47,778 nt of DNA from an uncultured Rickettsiales bacterium (GTDB lineage Bacteria; Pseudomonadota; Alphaproteobacteria; Rs-D84). Both the position numbers and the translations under genes were made by a program. The DNA lies in the NCBI GenBank assembly GCA_900549365.1, contig UROD01000001.1:1-47778 (forward strand), read 5' to 3'. Every line of letters starts with the position of its first letter. The stretch's first letter is position 1. This document shows, one piece after another, positions 1 through 7,817 of the stretch. The notes below the pieces were generated by a model. The model worked only from the letters and a program-made list of their open reading frames with translations, was not told the origin of the DNA and did no database searches.

Positions 1-54
1 CGCAAACTTTTACCGCTGGTTCTCATCTCAGCACATCATTTTCACCACTAAAAT

Positions 55-77
55 ACCCGCCAAATGGCGGGTTTTTT
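55..77. terminator. Rho-independent-type hairpin, possibly bidirectional
   Basis: Stem-loop ACCCGCC-AAAT-GGCGGGT at 55-72, followed by a T-run and preceded by an A-rich run. It abuts the tRNA-Tyr-like 3' fragment. Confidence 0.5.
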
Positions 78-79
78 AG

Positions 80-98
80 TGGTGGGAGTGGCTGATTC
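80..98 (-). repeat. Partial duplicate of the tRNA-Tyr 3' end (acceptor/T-arm fragment)
   Basis: TGGTGGGAGTGGCTG at 80-94 is identical to 270-284 of the intact tRNA-Tyr. The next bases, ATTC, match the tRNA with a one-G deletion. The T-arm segment TCGAACCAGC recurs at 181-190. Confidence 0.7.
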
Positions 99-243
99 CC
101 TCGCCCACGCTGGTGGCGTGGGACTGCGGGGCATTCGTATGTTGTGTGCCACGCGCACCGCGTTACACAACAACTCATAGTCGAACCAGCAATCAAATGA
201 TTGCGTGACTCAAATCCAATACCACATTTCACCAAAATAAAAA

Positions 244-266
244 CACCCGATGCACGGGTGTTTTTA
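244..266. terminator. Hairpin plus T-run immediately 3' of tRNA-Tyr (minus strand); possibly bidirectional
   Basis: Stem-loop CACCCG-ATGCA-CGGGTG flanked by AAAA on the left and TTTTT on the right. Confidence 0.5.
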
Positions 267-269
267 TTT

Positions 270-356
270 TGGTGGGAGTGGCTGGATTCGAACCAGCTCA
301 GGCTTAAGCCAACAGATTTACAGTCTGCCCCGGCTCTCCAACTCCGGCGCACGCCC
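270..356 (-). tRNA. tRNA-Tyr (anticodon GTA), class II with long variable arm
   Basis: The reverse complement reads GGGCGTG...GCAGACTGTAAATCTG...GGCTTAAGCC...GCTGGTTCGAATCCAGCCACTCCCACCA. The anticodon loop is CTGTAAA, the T-arm is canonical, and CCA is encoded. There is one C:T mismatch in the acceptor stem. Confidence 0.85.
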
Positions 357-357
357 A

Positions 358-381
358 ATCTCTTGGTGCGGGCAGCGGGAA
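358..381 (-). repeat. Partial duplicate of the tRNA-Gly 3' end plus trailer
   Basis: ATCTCTTGGTGCGGGCAGCGGGAA at 358-381 is identical to 471-494. The copy starts 1 nt from the 5' end of tRNA-Tyr. Confidence 0.8.
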
Positions 382-476
382 ACCGAACGTACAAGAACAC
401 AATGAGTTGCGTTATTAGCAACGAATTGATGTTCGCATAGTGAGGTTACCCAACTTACCGACGCATCGTTATCTCT

Positions 477-551
477 TGGTGCGGGCAGCGGGAATCGAAC
501 CCGCATTTCAAGCTTGGAAGGCTTGCATACTAGCCTTTGTACTATGCCCGC
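477..551 (-). tRNA. tRNA-Gly (anticodon TCC)
   Basis: The reverse complement is GCGGGCATAGTACAAAGGCTAGTATGCAAGCCTTCCAAGCTTGAAATGCGGGTTCGATTCCCGCTGCCCGCACCA. It folds as a cloverleaf and resembles E. coli glyT closely. Confidence 0.9.
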
Positions 552-602
552 AACAAATTAAAGCGTGCCTATTATAATTCATATTTCGAAAAACGCAAGC
601 GT

Positions 603-1574
603 TTATTCTGGCGCGCCATTTGGCGGTGTAATGTCAGATACCCCCGTTTCATACACCGTTTGAAACACCGGTGCGCCCGCCGTACCATTGGGGTGCGGCA
701 ACGCGTGTGCACGATACATATTTAACAAGAAAAAGTACCAACTGTTTGGGTTATTCTTTGCAACCGTGCTGCGTCGATGAATTTTGTATATAAAACACGT
801 CCGTGCGAAATACCGCCATGCATCCATATCGGCGGTGCGCCCCAAGAAGTACGAGAAATATTTTACATTACTGTTCAGATACGGAATTTGGCCCAACCAA
901 ATACGATTACACCACGGGTGATACGTAAACAACACCGTCACAAACAAATGAAAGAAAAAGTAATCAATTGCCCTGCGCTCGTGCCGCCAATACTCTTCCA
1001 GAAACACACGTATGCAACGTATAAAAAAATTATTCGGTGCGGCATGAATAAAGAAATTAGACACGTCTTTCTTGTTCGGATTTTGCAACATGAAAAACGT
1101 CTGTTTCATAATAAAGTCCGGTATTTTATCCATCATCAGACACGACGCATCAATCCATGTGCCACCATACATATCCAGCAATGCCACACGCACATAATCT
1201 GAAAAATGTGCAGGCGTAATAATCCCGCGCCGATATTTATCCATAATGTGTGCCGGAATATCCAAATACTGTGATAAATTTTCATCAGTAATAATTACCG
1301 TTTGCGGGTAAAAGCAAAATATAGAATCCAGCCCCATTTGAATAATTTCTGGGCGTTTATCTTGCAACCACATCGTCCATACGCGGTTGGCCGGCGAAAC
1401 ATCCAATTTGCATTTTGGGGTTTGGTGTGGCTGCATGCCCTGCACTATTTTTGTCACATACAAATATCGACGCAGGTAATCTTTGATTGCTGATTTTTTC
1501 CCACAAAAGATTCTGAACCCCAAAAAGCGCACAAAACGATAACTGTTTTCAAATATTCTGAACATATTTACCAA
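603..1574 (-). CDS. Glycosyltransferase (capsular-polysaccharide-synthesis / DXD sugar-binding family-like)
   Basis: 323-aa ORF. The segment FSDYVRVALLDMYGGTWIDASCL resembles the SDxxRxxLLxxYGGxYxDxD motif of Gly_transf_sug/Caps_synth enzymes. The exact start is uncertain. Confidence 0.5.
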   Translation of the reverse strand: MVNMFRIFENSYRFVRFLGFRIFCGKKSAIKDYLRRYLYVTKIVQGMQPHQTPKCKLDVSPANRVWTMWLQDKRPEIIQMGLDSIFCFYPQTVIITDENLSQYLDIPAHIMDKYRRGIITPAHFSDYVRVALLDMYGGTWIDASCLMMDKIPDFIMKQTFFMLQNPNKKDVSNFFIHAAPNNFFIRCIRVFLEEYWRHERRAIDYFFFHLFVTVLFTYHPWCNRIWLGQIPYLNSNVKYFSYFLGRTADMDAWRYFARTCFIYKIHRRSTVAKNNPNSWYFFLLNMYRAHALPHPNGTAGAPVFQTVYETGVSDITPPNGAPE

Positions 1575-1618
1575 CCAATATATAAACGCCCACGTGGCGG
1601 CGGGCGTTATTTGTTTAC

Positions 1619-2305
1619 TCAGCGTTCGACGATTACACCTGTGTTTTCACCACGTTCTGATTTTACTGATATAGGCGGGAAACAATCACCCCCACTCTTT
1701 GGGCAACATGCAAATGAACCACCTAAATCTTTGAACTGTTCGTCGCCACAACAACCGTATTTATTGGGCTTTGTGCCATCACCACACAACCCCTTGGCAA
1801 TATTGCTTTTTATTTCAGCAGCAATTTCTTCGGCTGTTTTTTCAGGTGCGGCTGGTTTTTCTTCTTTTAATACAACCATTGGTACAAAGCAGATATCACC
1901 ATCATTCTGGCAACAATATTGCACACCATCAACCGTTGAAAACGTTTCATTTGGACAGCAACCATATTCGTCCGGCGCATCACACGCAGGCGCGGTTATT
2001 TGTTCGGGCGCACTGTTTGTGGTCGTGGTGGACGCATCCGACGCGTTTTTCACGCGCGCATTGGCGATTGTGCGACTGCCCCGTGCCGCGCCCGCACGAC
2101 GCATACATGTATTACGATATTTTGTGCGCAGTTCAGACAACTTTGTTGCGTCTGCATCAGACATATTTTCATTTGCAGACATTTCTGTAATCTGGGCCTG
2201 CATATCAATGCACGATGTGCGTTCTGTGATATTTGTGTTTGTGCCATCGGCAAACGCCGGCATACATAACACAGCAGCAAATATTGTGGTCAGTATTGTT
2301 TTCAT
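1619..2305 (-). CDS. Secreted cysteine-rich protein with an internal YGCC repeat
   Basis: ATG start preceded by GGAGGA. Signal peptide MKTILTTIFAAVLCMPAFA. Two copies of the pattern YGCC..x..F...CC...GD.CF.P. Confidence 0.6.
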   Translation of the reverse strand: MKTILTTIFAAVLCMPAFADGTNTNITERTSCIDMQAQITEMSANENMSDADATKLSELRTKYRNTCMRRAGAARGSRTIANARVKNASDASTTTTNSAPEQITAPACDAPDEYGCCPNETFSTVDGVQYCCQNDGDICFVPMVVLKEEKPAAPEKTAEEIAAEIKSNIAKGLCGDGTKPNKYGCCGDEQFKDLGGSFACCPKSGGDCFPPISVKSERGENTGVIVER

Positions 2306-2310
2306 ATGAA

Positions 2311-2880
2311 TCAGTCCTCCAATATTTTTTCCAGTTTCAAGATAAAATCAATTGCGGGTTCTGACGCCTGTTGCAACTTGTCAATCACCTGTTGCGCAGC
2401 GGCCTGCATCTTGGCCTTTTTATATGTATCAACAACATCTTCGATTTGGTCATCAGACATATATTCAATTGGAATCAACGCAACCGCAATCTGTGTTTCG
2501 CGTACGGCCAACGCGCGATATTTATCGCTGTGTTCTGCACAACCATTGTCCGCCAACCGGTTATATGTTTCGGCATTATACAGATGTTTTTCATACCCTT
2601 GGGAATCTTCGGGTGTTAGTTGTTGTTCCAGCAACTGTTCAATACGTGTGCACGTTGCAATCGGTGCTGAATTTTCAACAACCGTCATGTCTTGGGCGGC
2701 GGGACATTCAGTTGCCTGTTGCGCCCTGTCCGGCGTGGCCATTATTCCACCCAGAATATATCCACACGCAAACAGACCCGCCAACGCAATCACACCCCAC
2801 ACCTTGCGCGATGTTGGCACGACGCACACAGATGCGGTTGTTTTTTTCGATTGTACTTTTTTCGCCTGTGTTTTTTTCAT
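2311..2880 (-). CDS. Hypothetical membrane-anchored protein (one N-terminal TM helix)
   Basis: ATG start with a GGGAGAG SD. A basic N-terminus is followed by the hydrophobic segment WGVIALAGLFACGYILGGIMA. It lies in the same operon direction as lolD. Confidence 0.5.
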   Translation of the reverse strand: MKKTQAKKVQSKKTTASVCVVPTSRKVWGVIALAGLFACGYILGGIMATPDRAQQATECPAAQDMTVVENSAPIATCTRIEQLLEQQLTPEDSQGYEKHLYNAETYNRLADNGCAEHSDKYRALAVRETQIAVALIPIEYMSDDQIEDVVDTYKKAKMQAAAQQVIDKLQQASEPAIDFILKLEKILED

Positions 2881-2923
2881 TTGGTTCTCTCCCTCTGGTC
2901 TCTGTTTTTTAATTGTTAAATTT

Positions 2924-3649
2924 TTATTTTACAATTCCATCTTGGATTGTGATTTTTCTGTCTGCGCGCGACGCCAAATTCATATCATGCGTCACAAACA
3001 GCATTGCCATTTTATTTTTGCGCACCAAATCCAATAACAAATCAAATACTGCGGTCGCGTGCGCGGGATCCAAACTGCCTGTGGGCTCGTCCGCCAACAG
3101 AATTTCTGGATTATTTGCCAATGCGCGTGCCACCGCTGTACGCTGTTGTTCGCCCCCAGACATTTCCCCTGGCAAATGCGATGCGCGATGTGCAACATTC
3201 GCCACCCGCATCAGTTTCATTGCGCGCAGATTTGCAGAATTTTCATCCACGCCATTCGCCAGCATTGGCAACATAACATTTTCCAATGCGGTAAAATCAG
3301 ACAGCAAATTATGCCGCTGATATACAAATCCAATTTTCTGGCGACGCGCAATCGTGCGCGCTTCTTCGTCCATGCGCGATGTGGCAACGCCGTCTAATAA
3401 AATGCTGCCACCCGTCGGTTTGTCCAGCAAGCCAACGCATTGCAACAATGTGGATTTACCACTGCCCGATTGACCGACCAACGCGATAATTTCACCACGA
3501 TGCAAATCAAAACCACCGCCACGCAAAATATGTAATGGCTGGCCACCCTCTACAAATGTCTTTTTAATATCGCGCACCGACAGGACAACATCTGATTTGC
3601 GTACACGTGATAAAGAACTTAAAATATTTGTCATCAGATTTTTCCTCAT
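2924..3649 (-). CDS. lolD: Lipoprotein-releasing system ATP-binding protein LolD
   Basis: Walker A GQSGSGKST, ABC signature LSGGEQQR, Walker B LLADEPTGSLD. It directly follows the LolC/E permease gene. Confidence 0.85.
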   Translation of the reverse strand: MRKNLMTNILSSLSRVRKSDVVLSVRDIKKTFVEGGQPLHILRGGGFDLHRGEIIALVGQSGSGKSTLLQCVGLLDKPTGGSILLDGVATSRMDEEARTIARRQKIGFVYQRHNLLSDFTALENVMLPMLANGVDENSANLRAMKLMRVANVAHRASHLPGEMSGGEQQRTAVARALANNPEILLADEPTGSLDPAHATAVFDLLLDLVRKNKMAMLFVTHDMNLASRADRKITIQDGIVK

Positions 3650-4906
3650 CTATTCATTTCGCAACACATCAACAGGGTCTGTGGACGCTGCCTTCCATGC
3701 GGGATACAACGTTGCCAAAAATGCCAACGCAATCGCCAGTGCCGCAATTCCAACAACGGTTGACGGTACCAGTTTTGATGGCAATTCCGACAAATAATAT
3801 AATTCCGATGGGAACAAATCACGTCCCGTTACCCATTGAAAGAATTGACGGATTGGTTCAATATAAATTGCAACAACAACACCCAACACCGTGCCACAGA
3901 ACGCACCAATCACCCCAATACTGGTTCCCGACAGAATAAATATTTTCATCATAGATTTACGCGACACCCCAAACGTGCGCAGTACCGCAATGTCTTTGTT
4001 TTTATCTTTGACCAACATTACCAACGACGACACAATGTTAAACGCCGCCACAATCACAATCAGCATCAAAATCAAAAACATTACATTTGATTCAACCTGT
4101 AATGCACCAACAAACCCACGATTTAATTCACGCCAATCGCGCACAACAAAACCATCTGGCAACAAACGCGCCAACGCATCACGCACAGCGGTGGTATCTT
4201 CGGGATTACGCAAGAACAAGTCAATATGCGTTACCGCATTTCCAATATTCAAATATTTCTGTGCCGTTTCCAGTGGCATAAATATATACCCAGAATCATA
4301 TTCATACATTCCCATAAAGAATGACGACATCACCGGATATGCCATGATACGTGGCATTGTACCAAATGGTGTTGGCGTTGCACCCGATGCCGATACCAAT
4401 GATACTTTGTCACCCATACTTATACGCAAACTGCGCGCCAGTGACGCGCCCGCCACCAATTCACCATCACGAATTTCTGATAATTTTTTACCATATATTT
4501 TTGTGCCAGTTTCGGTTTTTGCCGCCAAATCCGTCATACGAATCCCGCGCACCATTGCGCCCGTATTGTTACCACCGGCGGTTGCCATAACCTGCCCTTC
4601 TGCGATTGGGACAATACCGGTTGCGTGTGCGGCGACAACCTTGTTCTGTTTCATTTTATCAATCAGGTAATCATAATCTGTAATCGCGCCATCTTGGTGA
4701 TAAACAACGACATGACCATTCATACCAACAATACGCGACAACAGTGTTTCGTGAAATCCGCCCATCACCGACATAACAACAATCAGTGTTGCGACGCCCA
4801 ACGTAATACCAATCAGCGACACCCACGATATCACAGAACCAAACCCGCGCTTTTTTGCGCCCAAATATCTGAATGCGATTTTTCTTTCCAGTTTTGAAAA
4901 CAACAT
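3650..4906 (-). CDS. lolC: Lipoprotein-releasing system permease LolC/E family
   Basis: N-terminus ...IAFRYLGAKKRGFGSVISWVSLIGITLGVATL matches the LolC/LolE start, and the C-terminus has FtsX-type TM helices. The ORF track starts at GTG 4924. ATG 4906 (MLFSKLE) fits homologues better. Confidence 0.85.
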   Translation of the reverse strand: MLFSKLERKIAFRYLGAKKRGFGSVISWVSLIGITLGVATLIVVMSVMGGFHETLLSRIVGMNGHVVVYHQDGAITDYDYLIDKMKQNKVVAAHATGIVPIAEGQVMATAGGNNTGAMVRGIRMTDLAAKTETGTKIYGKKLSEIRDGELVAGASLARSLRISMGDKVSLVSASGATPTPFGTMPRIMAYPVMSSFFMGMYEYDSGYIFMPLETAQKYLNIGNAVTHIDLFLRNPEDTTAVRDALARLLPDGFVVRDWRELNRGFVGALQVESNVMFLILMLIVIVAAFNIVSSLVMLVKDKNKDIAVLRTFGVSRKSMMKIFILSGTSIGVIGAFCGTVLGVVVAIYIEPIRQFFQWVTGRDLFPSELYYLSELPSKLVPSTVVGIAALAIALAFLATLYPAWKAASTDPVDVLRNE

Positions 4907-4916
4907 ACTTTCAACC

Positions 4917-6257
4917 TTATTCACTTAGAAATGCACGCAACGCATCACCCACCAGTGGTGTCATTTCACCAGATGGAATTTGTGCGGCATCGACAATAGA
5001 AATAATACGTGGCGACATAAACACCACCAATTCTGCAAACGGTGAAATCAACGTTTCGGGCGTCGTTACAAACGAATGTGTTGGAATACCAATTATCACA
5101 TAGTTGTCACCAACACTGGACGGAATATTAAATGATGTCAGTTCGCCATTGCTGGTACGCAAAACAATTTTTGCATCAATTTTATTGCGACCACCAAAAT
5201 CGCCATATTTTCCTGTTGCCCCAACAATCAGGTCTGTTTCCAAGCGTTCTTCTTTGCTGCATTGGCCAATATCAAATCGCGATTGCCAACCATTTGGAAT
5301 CACAAATTGCCCACGCGAAATCAGAACAACATTTGCCTGTTGTGATAAAAATTCTTGCAGTGTTTTGGTATTTACCTCTGGACTGACGACCAGCGCACGT
5401 CCAACAACCCCTGGGATTGACATCTTGATATTATTTTCACCAAACGCTGGCAACATATTCATCCAAACAATCGGATTGTCCGTACGTGGATACACACGAT
5501 ATACATCAATATCCCATGCCAACATATATTTTTTGGACGCAATATCAGCGATGATTCTGGAAACCTCGCGCTCGGTCTGATAATTTCCTTCGAACACTAA
5601 TGTTTTATCATTCCAATCCACCAACAGATTACGCACATCTGCGCCACGCATTGCATCAATCAACGCCATAATAATAGATTGATTGTGTGGCATTTTAACC
5701 AACCACTTTGCACGATGCATCAAATGAATTTCGCCCGCGTCTGCATCATACGAATAATACGCGCGCCCCATTTTCGCCATCAATTCAACCGCATCCGCCA
5801 GCGTTCCCGCAGAAATAGTCCCAGATATTTTTTCATACATTTCTTCATCGGCAACAACCGCAATATCTGACCCGTCTAACAGTTTTTCCAACGCACGTTT
5901 AACGGTCAAATCGCGAAACTCGTAATCCGACACCGCCAGTTCCGGCAACGCATCACCCGTATTCAGACGTATCATTTCAATTTTTTCTTCGGGAACAATT
6001 GATACAACTGTTTGGTTGTCCCAGTTAACCTCGCACCGTTTGGGTAAATCCAGCGAAAAACGTCGCGCAGTATCAGTTGTCAACGCCGCCTTTTTTGGGA
6101 AAATAGGCACAGAATTTTCATCAATGACCAAATTATCAACAACCGTAACCGTATCATACTGCGGTTCATCATCAGCGTTTTGGACACACGCCGCCAACGC
6201 CACGCATACGCACAACGCCCCCAGCATTTTGCCCAACCAATTATCGATTATTTTCAT
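4917..6257 (-). CDS. Outer-membrane lipoprotein with a secretin-like C-terminal domain (PilN/BfpB/TcpC-like)
   Basis: ATG at 6257 is preceded by AAGGAGAAAGG. Lipobox VALAAC. The C-terminus (VVLISRGQFVIPNG...YVIIGIP...ELVVFMSPRII) resembles the secretin domain and its terminal ELLIFITPRIV-type motif. Confidence 0.4.
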   Translation of the reverse strand: MKIIDNWLGKMLGALCVCVALAACVQNADDEPQYDTVTVVDNLVIDENSVPIFPKKAALTTDTARRFSLDLPKRCEVNWDNQTVVSIVPEEKIEMIRLNTGDALPELAVSDYEFRDLTVKRALEKLLDGSDIAVVADEEMYEKISGTISAGTLADAVELMAKMGRAYYSYDADAGEIHLMHRAKWLVKMPHNQSIIMALIDAMRGADVRNLLVDWNDKTLVFEGNYQTEREVSRIIADIASKKYMLAWDIDVYRVYPRTDNPIVWMNMLPAFGENNIKMSIPGVVGRALVVSPEVNTKTLQEFLSQQANVVLISRGQFVIPNGWQSRFDIGQCSKEERLETDLIVGATGKYGDFGGRNKIDAKIVLRTSNGELTSFNIPSSVGDNYVIIGIPTHSFVTTPETLISPFAELVVFMSPRIISIVDAAQIPSGEMTPLVGDALRAFLSE

Positions 6258-6289
6258 TCCGCCTTTCTCCTTTGCTACACTGCACAATA

Positions 6290-6634
6290 TCAGATATTCA
6301 TCAATCTTTCAAATTCTGCCAGTGTCATTTCATAAATCGGTTTCTGTGTCGGTGTTGTCAAATCCTTGACCCGTTCATAATTTTCATTGAATCGATTTAT
6401 CACCGAAATAATTTCCGGCGTCAATTCCTGTTTTTTGTCCGCCATCAGCCGACGGCCATATTCTGCAACAAATTCCAACGTGTCTGCCGCAAAGAACCGT
6501 CCCACATAGTTTTCAATTGCAATACCGCCCTTTTCCACACAGATGGCCGACATCATCATTGTCATCTGGTTATAAAAATTTGCCAGTTTAATAAAATTTG
6601 CAACTGTTATTGCCATGTTATTCTCTTGCTCCAT
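6290..6634 (-). CDS. Hypothetical cytoplasmic protein, first gene of the secretin-lol operon
   Basis: 114-aa ORF ending 3 nt before the long form of the next ORF. I recognise no motif in it. Confidence 0.4.
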   Translation of the reverse strand: MEQENNMAITVANFIKLANFYNQMTMMMSAICVEKGGIAIENYVGRFFAADTLEFVAEYGRRLMADKKQELTPEIISVINRFNENYERVKDLTTPTQKPIYEMTLAEFERLMNI

Positions 6635-6691
6635 TTTTCCCTATTATAAAAACTATTGCCCCATCAACGCAAATAAATTATAATACATTGC

Positions 6692-7072
6692 ATGAGATTT
6701 ATATACCTGATTTTAATAGCAACTGTCGCAGCATGCGCATCGCCAAATCGTGGCAATATTGACAACGCAACTGTTTTGAATTGGGAAAATGAATCCGTCA
6801 CGATGGAACAATTCGTCCGCGATCACAAGGCGTGTCTGGGCGTGACCAAGCCATCGTATATGCCACGCAGCCGTATTTCCAAATTATTGGCCCCAAATCA
6901 GAGTGGCCAAATGCCCGACTGGGACGGACTGTGGGTAACATTCCAATCCAATGAATACAAGGACACCAGCCAACGTTCGCTGTTGTCTGTGCCACGCAAC
7001 ACAACATCTAAAACCGTCGGTGCATATCGCAAATGTATGTTTAGACGCGGTTATTTATTGCGCGCCAGTTAA
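6692..7072 (+). CDS. Hypothetical lipoprotein
   Basis: Signal peptide with lipobox (LILIATVAACAS). A TATAAT-like box lies upstream. Confidence 0.5.
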   Translation: MRFIYLILIATVAACASPNRGNIDNATVLNWENESVTMEQFVRDHKACLGVTKPSYMPRSRISKLLAPNQSGQMPDWDGLWVTFQSNEYKDTSQRSLLSVPRNTTSKTVGAYRKCMFRRGYLLRAS

Positions 7073-7130
7073 TTTTTATTTTTAAGTCCCGCGCTTTCAA
7101 AACCCGCCTTTTTGTGATATAATTGCCGAT

Positions 7131-7811
7131 ATGAAACGGACAATTTGGTTTTGGGTTTATTTTATTGTTGCCATTGTTTTGGCGACCTACTTTTCTGTGC
7201 GTGTGATTATGACTGGTATGGGCCACGGCGACTTGTCGCGCGTGCGCAGTATTTCTATATCGGCCGACATCGCTGACAAGGATATGTCCGCATTGGCGGC
7301 GGCGGCGGCCGTTGCACCTGGGACATCAGCATTGACGGTCAATTTGAACCAGTTAAATCATCGTATTGGCGCGGTTGCAGGTGTACGTTCGTCTGCGGTG
7401 CGGCGTTTGCCAAATGGTAATTTGGTTGTGCGCGTAAAATTATACCGCGCGGTTGCGCTGTGGACTGATGGTATGAATTATTTCCCATTGTCCGCCGACG
7501 GCACAATTGTCAACCAACCCAGCGCAGATCGCAAACCTGGCACGGTTTTATTTCGTGGTACATTACCAAACGACATCAGCGAAATTACAACCGTCGCACA
7601 TAACCTGATTGGTGATTTGAATTATATGGAATGGATTGAAAATCGCCGCTGGGATTTGGTTACAACTGGTGGCATCACGGTAATGTTACCCGAAAAATCA
7701 CCAGATGCCGCGATTGCACAACTGATTGTTTTGAACAAAAACCATCATATTTTTGATAGAAATATCAGCGTGATAGATATGCGTGACGACGCACGAATAT
7801 TGGTAAAATAA
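7131..7811 (+). CDS. ftsQ: Cell division protein FtsQ
   Basis: N-terminal TM helix followed by POTRA/FtsQ-like segments (RRWDLVTTGGITVMLPE). It sits directly upstream of the ftsA-like gene. Confidence 0.7.
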   Translation: MKRTIWFWVYFIVAIVLATYFSVRVIMTGMGHGDLSRVRSISISADIADKDMSALAAAAAVAPGTSALTVNLNQLNHRIGAVAGVRSSAVRRLPNGNLVVRVKLYRAVALWTDGMNYFPLSADGTIVNQPSADRKPGTVLFRGTLPNDISEITTVAHNLIGDLNYMEWIENRRWDLVTTGGITVMLPEKSPDAAIAQLIVLNKNHHIFDRNISVIDMRDDARILVK

Positions 7812-7817
7812 GAAATT

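Noticed and set aside
80-215. Possible tmRNA (standard or two-piece), because the minus-strand sequence ends in ...CCACTCCCACCA and contains GGTTCGACT
   Set aside because: There is no proper T-arm helix next to the acceptor strand and no recognisable tag reading frame. Only about 190 nt are available before tRNA-Tyr. A terminator, not a coding piece, follows the CCA end. A tRNA-Tyr 3' fragment explains it better.
1611-3037. Long plus-strand ORFs (232 aa and 243 aa) exactly antisense to the two secreted or anchored protein genes
   Set aside because: They have no SD and no recognisable features, and their composition is low-complexity and Ser/Ala/Phe-rich. The minus-strand ORFs have strong SDs, signal or anchor sequences, and an orientation consistent with the operon.
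3891-4670. 259-aa plus-strand ORF, and similar long antisense ORFs at 13382-13921, 15551-16153 and 24743-25453
   Set aside because: These are shadow ORFs lying inside, and antisense to, confidently identified genes (lolC/E, asmA-like, aspS, gyrB). They have no independent signals.
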